Assembly: GCA_964057225.1 (NCBI GenBank)
Contig: OZ059896.1
Coordinates: forward strand, 9,486,001-9,550,000
DNA length: 64,000 nt
Direction of reading: 5' to 3'
DNA from: Auanema rhodensis
Taxonomy: Eukaryota; Animalia; Nematoda
Below are positions 1 to 12,848 of the stretch, one piece after another. The translations under genes and the position numbers were made by a program. The notes under the pieces were generated by a model. The model worked only from the letters and a program-made list of their open reading frames with translations. It did no database searches and was not told where the DNA came from. The first letter of the stretch is position 1, and every line of letters begins with the position of its first letter.

Positions 1-498
1 AGACCTATTACATTATAAAATTTAGGCTGTGCCGATAAAAGATGCTACTTCAACTTTGGATTAAGTTCCAAGTAGTTGGTGGCAAATTCACGTTTTATAT
101 GTATTTATTCACATTTGTATATGTATTTAATAATAATAATCTTACTCTGACTACGTCAGGAACGTTGGCTTGTATTTATTCCTTTCTTCTTTGTAAAGTT
201 GTATTTGTATCCCATTTTATCAAACTATGAGCTATTGGACTCCTAAGCGAGAGATAATCAAAAGAAATCTCTGTTAATATTATGCATTCCAGTCATACTC
301 ATCGCAAATTTTATTTAGTGTGCTTTTAATATATAATTCATTTAACATATCGTTTTGCATTTTATCCCAATTATTAATGTCCATGTTTGAGTATATGAAT
401 AAAGCTTTCTTTTTAATTTTAATTCTTTGTGAATGTTTTTTTCATTTATTATTTCAAAAACATAAAACAAGAGCCACATACAAGAGTAATTAAAATGA

Positions 499-504
499 TT
501 TCAG
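499..504 (+). promoter_or_regulatory. Probable SL trans-splice acceptor (TTTCAG) of CPSF3
   Basis: TTTCAG 1 nt before the ATG after AT-rich outron-like DNA; similar acceptors precede ATGs at 4204, 19157(-), 30856(-), 39706 and 55276. Confidence 0.55.
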
Positions 505-505
505 A

Positions 506-3500
506 ATGTCTGACGAGCCTGGTGGTGATAACTCTGACATACTTTGCTTCACTCCTTTGTGGGTAGTCTTGTATTCTGTTTCTTACTGAAATTATTTTTA
601 AGGGGGTCTGGACAAGAGGTAGGACGGTCATGCCATCTTTTGCAGTTTAAGGGAAAGAATGTTCTGGTTTGTGAATTAAATTGATAAAACCTATGATAAT
701 TTCTCTTTAGTTGGATTGCGGAGTGCATCCTGGAATGCATGGTGTTGATGCTCTTCCGTTTGTCGATTTCATAGATGTAGAAAAAGTAGATTTATTGCTT
801 GTAAGGAAATTCAGGAAGATACTCTTATGTTTAAAAACCTTTTTAGATTACCCATTTTCACTTGGATCATGCAGGAGCACTTCCGTGGTTGCTCGAGAAA
901 ACTGCTTTCAGGTACGTTTTACTCGACTGACTAAATGTTTCAAATAATTTTCAGTGGTAAATGCTTCATGACACATGCTACTAAATCAATCTATAGAATG
1001 CTTCTTGGAGACTATGTTAAAGTATTATACAGTATAATCTTCATAAGTATATTATTTTTTATTAGGTTGCCAAGTTTGGAGGTGGAAGTGATCGTCATAT
1101 GCTATATTCTGAAGAAGATTTAGATAGAAGTATGGAAAAAATTGAGGTTTTTTGCTCTTTTATTATCAGTACACATATTGCATCAGGTTATTGACTTCCA
1201 CGAGCAGAAGGAAGTAAACGGTATTAGGTTCTGGCCATATGTAGCTGGTCATGTTTTGGGCGCTTGCATGTTCATGATTGAAATAGCAGGTTACTTCGTA
1301 TACAAATACATTTTGTTAATATTAGGTGTTAAGGTGTTCGAACTTTATATACAGGAGATTTTTCTTGTCTGGAAGACAGGCATTTATGCGCCGCTGAAAT
1401 TCCTACAATTGCTCCTGATGTTTTAATTTCAGTACGAAATAATTTCTAGGACATTTAATAGTTATTTTTAGGAATCTACTTACGGAACACAAATTCATGA
1501 AGATCGAGATGAAAGAGAAAAACGGTCAGTATATACTTTTTTGTATACTTGCTCTCTAATAGGTGGTTTTTATTTAGATTCACTCAGATGGTTCATGAAA
1601 TAGTTGGAAGAGGAGGACGGTGTTTGATTCCTGCTTTTGCTCTGGGACGTGCACAAGAACTACTTCTGATTCTTGATGAATATTGGGAAGCACATCCTGA
1701 TCTTCATGATATACCTGTTTATTGTTTGTTATGCTACACTATCTGGTTGTTTTAGTTTTACTTTAGATGCGTCTAGTCTCGCTAAGAAGTGCATGGCTGT
1801 ATATCAAACTTTCATCAGTGGTATGAATCAACGAATTCAAAAGCAAATTGCTGTGAATAATCCCTTTGTTTTTAAACATGTTAGTAATTTGAAAGTAAGT
1901 ATTAGTTCTGTAATCTTCTTTAATTATCGTGCATTTTTAAGGGAATGGAACATTTCGAAGATTCTGGTCCATGTGTTGTCCTCGCATCACCTGGTATGCT
2001 GCAAAACGGTTTAAGCAGAGAGCTTTTCGAAAAATGGTGCGTGGACAGTAAGAACGGTTGTATTATTGCTGGATATTGTGTGGAAGGAACTCTTGCCAAA
2101 GTATGTATTTATTGATTTTTTGTAAAATGTTTTTTTTGTTAGTATATTCTTTCGGAACCAGAAGAAATCCAAGCTCTCAGTGGTGAACGCTTGCCTATGA
2201 GAATGCAGGTTGAGTGAGAGGGTTTTTTTCGCAAATAAAATATATTTTGTTTAAGGTTGGATATATTTCTTTCTCAGCTCATACAGATTTTTTACAAACT
2301 ACCAATTTCGTAAAGTCTCAAAGACCCCCACATTTGGTAGGCAATCTTTTTAATATTATATTTATCTGATATCTAGGTACTTGTTCATGGCGAAGTGCAT
2401 GAGATGAATAGGCTTAAAGCCGGTATTCAGAGACAATTTGATGATGATAATATTCCTATTGAAGTATTGCTTTCTTATTCTTATTTTTATTCGTTTTTGA
2501 TTTTTAGATTCACAATCCAAGAAATACCGAAAGAATCGAACTCCATTTCAGAGGAGAAAAGACTGCAAAAGTTGTCGGAAGTATGGCAGTAGATATACCA
2601 AAAGTATTTGTTTCAAATAATTTATAAAACATTGAGTTTTTTCAAGGATGGTGATGTTGTGAGCGGAGTTTTAGTGAAAAGAAACTTCAACTATCATATT
2701 ATGGATCCCAAAGATCTCAGCGGTTTGTATGAATATTCACATCTTATCTGATCAAAATGTTCAGCATATACGGAACTATCCTCATCTAGATTAACTCAAA
2801 AAGAATCCATTTTTTACAGTCAAGGATTATCTTTGTTGTTATTCAATTTAAGTCAATTGAACGATGATGCCATACTTACAGCAGAGTTGAAGCCGTCTAG
2901 TATGTCTGCTCCAACTCACACAATATCAGTATTTGCGGTAAATATCAGTTATATATTCATCATGTTCATGTACTTCAGGGCGCTATAACTGTCAATTGGT
3001 GTTCTTTATCATCTGTTTGTGTGATTGAATGGGAATCGAATCCTGTTCATGATATGTATGCCGATGCTGTACTAGCTGCAATTCTTCATGCTGAAGGCAA
3101 TCCAATTCCTGAGAAATGTATGGCAGATTTATTATTTGTTTTGCCTTTTTATGAACAAGTTTCATTTTTTTAAGATTTGCCCGATATTCGAGCTTTGCCT
3201 TCAAGAGAAAGTGCTTTGAAAAAAACCGTTGAAGAGGTATTTGTTGTTTTCACTTCTATTATTTTGTTTGTTACCGTAATATATCTTCAACCAAAAGTTG
3301 CATTAGTCACTAAATGACTAAATAAAACATCTAATTGCTTTCTGAAACTTCTTACAATCCCTAACTCGACTTTCTGAATGATCTGGGTAAAACAGGTTCT
3401 TGAACTAATGGCTATGTTCGCGATTCTCCCCAGGATGTAGTGTTGTTATATTACGAGAAATTCTAAATTCAATTTGGTTGATAGTCAATTTAAATTTTCA

Positions 3501-3687
3501 GGTATGTGGAGAAGGCAAGGCTACCATAAGTGATAATGGAGTGAGTGTGAAACTTGAAGATGGCTCAACTGCGCTGCTAACACAAGGAGGTTCGGGAATT
3601 GAATGTGAAGATCCACTTATGGCTCACCTACTACATTCCTTGGGGAGTAAACTCAAGCAATGCGTAGCTCCGAAAGAAGATATATGA
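506..3687 (+). CDS. cpsf-3: Cleavage and polyadenylation specificity factor subunit 3 (CPSF73), metallo-beta-lactamase/beta-CASP endonuclease; ~21 exons
   Basis: Spliced translation gives [37 protein letters not shown] (HxHxDH), [60 protein letters not shown] at 499-504 precedes ATG 506; TGA ends at 3687. Confidence 0.96.
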
Positions 3688-4203
3688 ACTACGTTGTGAT
3701 ATAAACATACAATGAGAATTTACGTGGTATCCTATGTCATTAATTAATTTGTTATGAATGTATTGTATACAATTGATCTGATAATTCCCGTTAAATGTTT
3801 TATTTCACTTTATCATGTTCAGTTGTTGAATGTTGCTTTTTGGTTATATGTTTTTCTCTTTAAAGATCTCCGAGTTATTTGTTTCAATTAAAGTGAGCAA
3901 AAATATGGTTCTAGCCAATGATCTTACCTATTTTTTTCTTTCTTCTTATGAATCACGAAAATTCGAAAAGGAAAACATCGATAATCAATTTAAAGCTAGC
4001 CACATAGCATTAGCTTCGATGCTTAAGCTTGGGGTAGGGGGGTAGATCGATACGACACCCATGAGAGATTGTGAGAAGTAGAACGGCAGTAGTCGTCGCT
4101 CTATTATTCTCCATGTCTACCTTTTCCAATAATTTATTTTTCCTTAGCCCTATTTTTGAGGAATTTTTGTTTCATATATATTTTTTTGCTCAGAGTTTCT
4201 TCG

Positions 4204-7200
4204 ATGTCTGTTAGGGGCGTCCGCGTCTGGCGACGCTCCGATGTTCAGGCACCCATATCTATATTAGTGGAAAAAAATGGATTGGATGGATCTTTGCAAT
4301 TTCAGAATGGTGCCATATTATATCTTAGTATGTTTCAAATATTGGAAAACGATTTTAATTAATTATGTTGAAGATTCGGATGCAACAGAAGTAGAAAGAA
4401 GGAATCATACTAAAATTATAGATGCCTATGGTATTATGGGAGTATTACGGCTAAGCAAAGGTTTCTATATATCATATTTCATCTTTCAATATAATAATTT
4501 AGATGAATCTCTTTTGGTTGCTGTTACTGGAGTTCTTTCTGTAGGTCAACTATATAATACTGATATTTTAAAAGTGACCAACTGTGAATTCCTTCCTCTG
4601 AAAACTGTTGGAAACGTAGAATATATTGATTCTCGGATTTCAGACGTATTTTTAGCTTTTTAAATGTTCATTATAATACAATTTTTAGTTACAACGACTT
4701 CTTTCTTCCGGGATGTTTTATTTCTCAGCTTCCAATAAGTTTGATCTCATTTCCTGCTCCCAGCGTCGCTATAGTGGGAAAGGCAGTGATACTAGATTTT
4801 TCTGGTAAATTGTTTTTATCATTTGTTTTTTGAATAATATAAATTCAGGAATCGATCTCTACATTTTCCTTTTAACTATTTTGGAATTGACACTGATCAG
4901 TGGCTTCTGAAATGCATGGCAGGGTAAGTTTTCAAGTTTTTTCTCAGTATTCTTATCTTGATCAAAAGATTAAAAGTGCATAACTAACGTTATATCATGT
5001 AGAAGCATACAATTTCTTGAGATTTGATTTTTTAAACTCTTTTATGGTTAAATATTGTTGTTTTATATTATATTTTGTTATTGTCAGGTCTGTACTTGTA
5101 CGAACAGTATACGTTGGACATCGCACTGGAAGAGTAGCTTTGTTGTCGAGATTAAGTTGTGAACGCGTTGGAACAAGGTTCAACGTCCGCGGAGCTAATC
5201 ATTTAGGAAATGTTGCAAACTTTGTGGAAACTGAACAGGCATAATTTGATCTTTTGAATGATTTTACTTAATTTTTTTAGCTTATTGTTTTTGATGATCG
5301 TGAAACTTCTTTAATTCAAGTTCGTGGGTCTATTCCACTGTTTTGGGAACAGCCTGGTGTTCAGGTACTAAAATTTCATATTAATGTAACAAAATAATAT
5401 GCCAATAGGTTGGATCACATAAAGTTAAATTACGAGCGTTCGAAGCAAGTGCACCTGCTTATCATAGGTGTTTGATTCCTATTTTATTATGATTTATGTG
5501 TTGATTTTCAGACATATGTCCGGACTTCTTGATACATACGAAGAAACTGTAGTGGTCAACCTTCTGGGTCATAAAGAAGGGGAGAGAATTTTAGCTGAAG
5601 CTTTTAGAGTAAATAACTTTTATTTGTTTTTGAAATAATTCAACTTTTTTAAAGAAACAACATAAAAATACTAAGATGTCAGAACAAATAGATTTCATCG
5701 ACTTTGACTATCATGCTCAAACCAAATCTTCGAAGGACGCAATAAATCTTTTAAAATCTAAGCTATTTCCTTATCAAGAAAAGTTTGGTTATGCTTTATA
5801 TGCTTCAGGGAGCGTTCGGAGGTTTAATCGTTAACATTTTAAAATAATTATAATGTTTTTATTAGGCTTCAACATGGTGTTCTACGAATCAACTGTTTAG
5901 ATTGTCTTGATCGCACCAACTCAGTTCAAACTATTTTCGGTCTTTCTGTATTTAAAACCTGAGTTTATTGATATACTATTGATTTTCTTTCAGTGCGTTG
6001 CAGCTCAAGTCGCTGCTTTAGAACTCGATGCAGGAAAAGTGAATGTTCAACAACGAATTGAAGAAATTCTAAAAGATTTGTGGCAAAAAAATGGAGATCA
6101 ATGTAGTACGATATATGCTGGAACCGGTGCTCTTGATGGAAAGAATAAGGTTTATTATAATTATAGTTAATGATAAAAAATGTTTTTTTTTTTCAGCTGA
6201 AAGATGCATCTCGTTCGATTGCCCGAACTATTCAAAACAATCTAATGGATGGATCTAAACAAGAATCGTTTGATCTGTTTCTCGCTGGCTGTTCTTTTGA
6301 TTCCAAGTTGTTCGATAAAGCAGCTAATATTTTCCCATCTAATGCTATTCAAGGTAAGTATTAAAATTTCGCAATGTACCTGTTTAACTATTATAGCTAA
6401 TTACTATTTTCATGGTAAGTTTGAATGTTGTCATAGTGTTTTGATTTTTTGTTGTTTAATTCAGTTTTCTTAGCTTATTTTTCACTTTATATTGTTTAAT
6501 ATTTTCAGAATATGCCAATGCTGTTTCACAACTTGTTGAGAGATCGAAAGAAGTTACAACTCCAAATCCCATTAAAGTTTTTGTTGGCACTTGGAATGTG
6601 AATGGTGGAAAAAATATACACAATGTTGCTTTTCGCAGTGAAGCAAGTATATCTGACTGGATATTTTGTCGAGATCATTTAGGTAATAGCTTTCTTAAAA
6701 TTGTTTTCACATTAAGTTTAAGTTTGTGTCGATGATTTGGATGACCTCCCAGATGTCGTTGCCATAGGCGTTGAAGAGCTAGTTGATTTAAATGCAACGA
6801 ATATGATGAAGACTAGGTTAGAGTTAAAAGTTTTTAAAGTTCATTATGATATTTTCAGCTTAACAAACCAGCGTATCTGGACAGAGTCGATAAGAAAAAC
6901 ATTACAAGAGAAAGGATCGTATATATTAGTTGCCTGTGAGCAATTGGTAAGATTGATTTCAGTTATATTAATATTACTTTAATATAGGTTGGTGTGTGTT
7001 TATTCCTCTTTGTTCGAAATCATATGGCTCCATACATGAAAGACTTCTCTGTATCATCAGTTAAAACGGGTATGGGTGGAACAACAGGCAATAAAGTATT
7101 ATTTGAAATATATAAGAAATAATATGAGATTATACTTTTTTAGGGTTCTGTTGCTTTTCGAATGGTAGTACATTCAACTAGTATGTGCTTTGTATGTTCC

Positions 7201-8790
7201 CATTTCGCCGCTGGTCAGAACGAGGTTTCATGGAAACGTATCTGAAAAGTTTACATTTAAATTTTTTAGGTAAAAGATCGTAATGAAGATTATCAGAGTG
7301 CTCTCCGAAAAATTCGATTTGCACAAGGCAGAGACATTGAATCGTGTGATGTGGTTTTCTGGTTGGGTGATTTCAATTACAGGTTTATCTTTTTTGTTTT
7401 ATAAAAATATGTATATATCTTCATATTTAAGGATAAATCTTGGTGGAGAAGAAGTTAAAAGAGCTGTTGCTAATAATCAATTGGAACAACTTGTGCCAAA
7501 TGATCAATTGACGCAACAGAAAGCCATGGGAAATGTTTGTTATTTTGTATGTAAAGAAATATTATTTTATTATTTTTCAGACTTTTGTCGGCTTTAATGA
7601 AGGCCAATTGACTTTTGCTCCAACATATAAATATGACACCTTTAGTGATGACTATGATACAAGTGAAAAATGTCGAACACCCGCTTGGACTGACAGAGTT
7701 CTATGGAAAGAAGATAGAATGGCTCGAGATACTCAGTTACTTAGGTATAAATTATTCATGTATTTTTATTTATGCAATATTTTAGATATTATCGTTCTGA
7801 AATTAAAACATCTGATCATCGTCCAGTAGGAGCTTTATTCAGTGTTAATGCATATAAAGTGGATAGTATGAAATGTGCGCCGTTATTTGAAGATGTTCTT
7901 GGGTAGAATGATGCTTCTTATATCTATGAAGAATGTGATTTTCAGATCAATGGGGCCTCCTGATGGAACAATCATTTGTTCAATAGAAGGTGTTCCGCGA
8001 TTTCCTCACACAGTATACGGAACGATTATTGAAAAATTAAAAGAATTAAATGCGGTTGTACTCGCTAGCAAGTTTGTTTTAATAATTATGAACTATTTTA
8101 CTTTTAATTATATTCAAGATATGAGGAAAGCGAGCTATGGATAATTCTGGAATCGGGAGAATCAGCCTTAGCGGCTTTGAGCATGGATGGAATACCTCTA
8201 GGCGGTAGTTTTAAAAAAAAATTCATGTGCGTATATTCGATTTAAGGAGATAAGCACATGTCGGTTCGATTAAAATCTCCTTGTTGGACGGAAGATTTGA
8301 ATATTGATTCATCCATGTTTGATCAAAAAGATATGTTTACGCCTCAAGAGGATAATTCTGGTGCTTCTGCAGCTTTTGAGTTTGATGGTACATATTAATT
8401 AGCAGTGATATTCTAACTTGAATCATTTCTTCAGATGATGATGAACTGGCGAGCTTGGCTCCAGGATGCATGCCTGACAGACCGAGACCTGCTTCTGGTA
8501 GAAGTGAGGGAATGGGATCATCTACTGCTTTAGCTGAATTGGACTGGCCAGTCGATGATAGAAGTTCTTCTCCATTTTCTTCATCTTTACCATGCAAAGG
8601 ATCAAACCCATCTTTATTCACTGATTTTGAACAACTTTCTGTAAGACATCATAACCAAGTTCAAGGTTCTGCACCTACAAATCCTCTTCACATAAGTACT
8701 GCACCTACAATCCCATCTCGCCCAGCTCCTCCACCTCCACCTCCAAGGCCGCAATTGCCAGTGGTACCACCTAGACCAAAGGGATGGTAG
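4204..8790 (+). CDS. unc-26: Synaptojanin (SAC1 domain + inositol 5-phosphatase + Pro-rich tail)
   Basis: [50 protein letters not shown] (SAC1 CX5R), [33 protein letters not shown]...[17 protein letters not shown], and C-terminal [22 protein letters not shown]. Confidence 0.95.
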
Positions 8791-9258
8791 ACTAGTGCTT
8801 CCTTCACTTCATTATATTCCATTAGATTTTACTAATATTGTATGATATATGCAGTAGATCGCAATAATTTCCATGTCATTTTTCATTCCAAGTGGCTGAG
8901 AACATTTTTTTTTGATGCCACATGCCTGAAGTGTATAGTATGAGAGATTTTTATATGTAAGCTCTAAAAATTCAATTAGATTTCTTTTGGTGGTTGTTTC
9001 TCGGGCGTTGTGCTGTTTTTTTCTCGAACTAACTAGTCAAGTAGCTTCAGGTTTCGTAGGATTTCCATGTGCATTCACTTCCTAGTTGTATTTTTTTTGA
9101 AAAGATATCTGCCAGTACCCAGAATCTCCGAAAACATTTTAAATTAATTAAGTAAAATATTTAATTTATTTATTTTTAAAAAAATGTTTTATTAATTTTT
9201 TAAATACAGAAATCACGATTAACAGAGTAATCTATTATCAAAAGATATTTTTGCTTTG

Positions 9259-10578
9259 TCATGCTTTTGTTGTCCAAGGCATTTTTGCTGAGGGGCTTTC
9301 TCCTCGAAATGTCAGATAGCAATAATAAGCAGTTGGAATGATTGCTAAGAGTCCCAAGTAATTAATTATTCCAAAACTAACTCCATAGAACATGTAGATG
9401 GAAAAGAGATATGCGATGAAAATCTAAACAAGTTGCTGTCGGTCACTACTATTTCGGTTGCGATGTTTACCTGGAAGGCGGCTCGAACGTTGCTGATAAC
9501 TTGAGTATTCAAGGCTCCAAGGTGTTGAATTGCTAAGAATGTAGCATAATGCAAAGGTAGAGAAGACAGAAGCAATATCAGAAAGACTCCAGAAAATAAT
9601 GGATGAGCGGACGTCATCATGAACATGAATGAATCCCGAATTTCATCCTGAACATTGAAAAATAAAAAGATCCTGACTTAAGTTAAATACTTGAACGATA
9701 TCAGCAATCAAGTAAACAATCAATGAGTTGAAGCAATGTAAGTACACCAGTTCGGAAGCCTAAAATTCAATTAACAATATAAGTATTTTGCATTGTAATT
9801 ATAAATATAAAAAAATTATAGATTTAATAATGACCTCGAAGTTTTGAGACAATCTTTCAAAGTGAACATATGCAACAGCCTGGAAGATGGCCGTGACGAT
9901 TCCATACAAGAAAGAGAAACGATCGATGGATATCTCAAGATTAACTATAAAATAAAATTTATAAAAAAAAAGAATATGTTATGCGTATTCACCTGTAATG
10001 AAAGAAATCAAAGATAAAGCAACGACTGCAGCAATTTGATGTTTATCATATCGATATTGCTTGTAGATGAAAATGGAAACAATAATAATAAGAGGTGCAG
10101 TCAATCTTAAATAATAAAATTTAAATTTTTAAAATTTTTTAATCAAAAAAACCTTTTCATTGAATCAAATACTGGAAGTCCAATACCTTCGAAAGAGCAT
10201 ACAGTAATCCATTGAGCAAAACAGAGAAGCATTGATGGTAACATAACATGACGACCACGATCAAATGAGTAGGGTGAAATTTTAAGAACATTAATGATTC
10301 TGAAAAAAAATTGATTGTTAAACACGAAATTGTTAATAACTATTCACCTAAGAACTTCAATAATGAATAGTGAAGTAGCATTTTGCAGTAAAAGAATTAC
10401 TGTAGGATAATCAAAGAAAAACCTTGTAACCACAACTTTTCCTACTAAAGAACAGAATGTTGAACATACAATATAAAAAGCAGCACTAAAATAAAGAAAT
10501 TATTCAGAAATTTGAATGTTCTACTGAATACCTGGCCGCTGATGAGGTGTATAAGTTTCTCATTGATAAAGACGACAT
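9259..10578 (-). CDS. SLC35/nucleotide-sugar (TPT-family) transporter-like multi-pass membrane protein; 5' end uncertain
   Basis: Eight exons joined by GT-AG introns give AAFYIVCSTFCSLVGKVVVTRFFFDYP, GIGLPVFDSMKRLTAPL, LGALNTQVISNVR with ~9-10 hydrophobic segments; TGA at 9259-9261. An upstream exon is possible (donor at ~10600). Confidence 0.75.
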
Positions 10579-11420
10579 TACATATACATAAACGTCTTAC
10601 AGAAATTCTGTAAAAGAATCGAGATGAATGTTCCTGGACAAGACTGTCTTGAATCTCAAGTTGAGTATGTGGATTCTGTTAGAAAAGAGGGCGACAAGAT
10701 ACAAAGGCTACCAGCACATATTGGGAGCGATGTAATGGTCTGATAAACAATCTGGTAGATTTATTGAAAGACAAGACACGAAAATATCCATTTCACGAAA
10801 TGGAAAAGAATAAGGTGATGAGAATAATTTTTAGAACTCGAATCTTGTAAAAAGTTAAATATTTCCTGGTTTGCGAGATGGAGACTACAGATTATCCAAT
10901 AGTAGGAGACAAAGTCATAGAAAAGCCGCAGGTTTCGTATTGTTTTCAATGTTCGAGATTTCTAATGAAGTTCATTTGTTCTGCAAGTTTTGTGTTCTAA
11001 TACTGAAAAGATTCAATAAATATTTTTATTTAATTGTTTAAAAACATTTTTATTAATAAAAATGTTATGATCGGTTGATTTCATGTCTTGAATAAAGATG
11101 TTCCTTATTTTTAAAAATATACTCATACTTTTTGAATTTTCTTTTTTTATCTATATAGTATATATTTAAATGAATACATAGTTATATATTAAAATAATAG
11201 AAAAATTTATGATTTTGAAATGTTAATCAGCTTTTCATCATATAAAAAAACAGAAAATAACAATAAAAGCTAACATTGTTTGTTTTTTTGTTGATAAAAG
11301 AAATAAATAACGATAAGTAGGTATATAATACAAATGTTTTTTAAATAAAAGACAATAAGAATTATAAAGAAAGCCGAGAATTAGTATATAAATATACGGA
11401 GATTCTATCGAGATATTTTT

Positions 11421-11582
11421 TTACCGGAATGTCACTCAATCAGAAATTACAAAATTGCCGTGATTTAGAGATTCAACCAAACAGTATAACCATAATATTT
11501 GAATTTTATTATAATCATTTGTTTTAGTTAATCAACAGCCATTACAATCACAGCTCACAGAATCATATGGAATGACACAATG
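11421..11582. repeat. Inverted duplicate of 13793-13954 (exon-intron-exon piece of the Mesh-like gene)
   Basis: Base-by-base comparison: 161/162 identical to the reverse complement of 13793-13954, including the 44-nt intron; a further ~17-bp match at 11393-11409 to 13958-13974. Confidence 0.95.
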
Positions 11583-11589
11583 TCCATAG

Positions 11590-12245
11590 TGTGAAGTCCT
11601 ATATAGGATACTTTAGAATTAATGAAAGATTGATTGAAGAACTGAAAATCTCCAGTAGGTAATTTTTGATACCTTGTTCAATCATATAAATTATTAACAT
11701 CCAAATACATCCAAAAGTGGTAATTTGATAAAATTGATGAATTGACATTCGGTGTGTATTTATTATTAGTCTTAGAGTATCTTTTGACAGCCTTAACCAT
11801 TCCACCTCGAATACCTTTTTCAATCATCAAATGTTTTTCAATATCATGAAGCCCTTCTAATACTACTTTGGTTTTCTACAACATAACATCCCATGCTAAA
11901 CTTTGATTGGTGTAGTTGAAGCAAGGATCAAGCTCATAGATACCCAAAGTTAAGTTTCTAAAGTTTTCAAAAACATCTGCCAAGAGAAGGGCATCATTAA
12001 TCATATATATTCTAGTGTAATCTCCTAAGTTAGTGCAATTAAATTGTTTCCAATCTAATTTAGCATTAAGATAATCTTTCTGTGGACTTTCTTTGCCATT
12101 TAGCTTATCAAAGACGTCTTTTCCAACATCAGTTGTCCATAATTCATGTGGACTACAGTGAACTCCGAAGTATTCTTTGATGATGCTTTCAAAATTTGCA
12201 TAAATAACATAACGATGCATCTGGCTTTTGTTAATATTACTCGAG
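11590..12245 (-). pseudogene. Decayed protein-primed DNA polymerase B fragment of Maverick/Polinton (adintovirus-like) type
   Basis: One intronless frame: YVIYANFESII (ExoI-like) ... WKQFNCTNLGDYTRIYMINDALLLADVFENFR (ExoIII) ... YELDPCFNYTNQSLAWDVML*KTKVVLE...IEKGIRGG...KRYSKTNNKY...MYLDVNNLYD*TRYQKLPTGDF (motif A). Two in-frame stops, truncated after motif A. Confidence 0.85.
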
Positions 12246-12848
12246 TCAAGATTGACGTTTCCGACTTCTCTTGATAGTATTTATATTATCCGGAACAGTG
12301 TCACTCATGAAAACAACACGGAAATGTTTTATTTTTTATAATTTTTCTAACTCTTGGATGCTGTAATTATTCAATGAAGGTAGATCTTTTCGGAGACTAA
12401 TGGTATGGTGATCATTTATAACATCAAAAATATTTGAAAAATGTAGTAAAATGAAAAATGGGTTAAATGGTCTGTAGGTTTTTTGACATAATAAAGACAT
12501 TTTTTGAAAATGACGCATTTTCAGATAGTTGAGACACAAAATGGACTTGTAAATGTCCAAAAATGATTAAAAACTGCAGAAAATCAAGGTTGGGCAGAAA
12601 GACCGTCTAGTGTCAACAGTTTATATACTATTCCGAGAATATATTGAAAAACCCTAAAGAGCGTAATATTCCGGATATGTTTCATCAGGCAAATATAAAT
12701 CCATTTCAATTATATTATAAAATTTTAAATATAATTGAAATTAAAATAAATATGTATATATTAAAACAATTCAAGCTAACAGAAAATACATGAAAAAGCA
12801 ATAATAAGGAGATCTTGAAAGGTTTGTTATTTTCATTCAAAGACTTCT

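Noticed and set aside
4086-4102. AGAGCG(A/T)CG...TGC motif shared with 30958-30973 upstream of two genes
   Set aside because: Only two degenerate instances; not distinguishable from chance.
3688-4203. CPSF3-synaptojanin operon
   Set aside because: Spacer of ~500 nt with promoter-like GC patch is longer than typical SL2 spacing; needs SL data.
12287-12677. 9-bp inverted repeat TATCCGGAA/TTCCGGATA and a CTAG|T Helitron-like end near 12610
   Set aside because: Too short, no target-site duplication and no convincing subterminal hairpin; cannot define an element.
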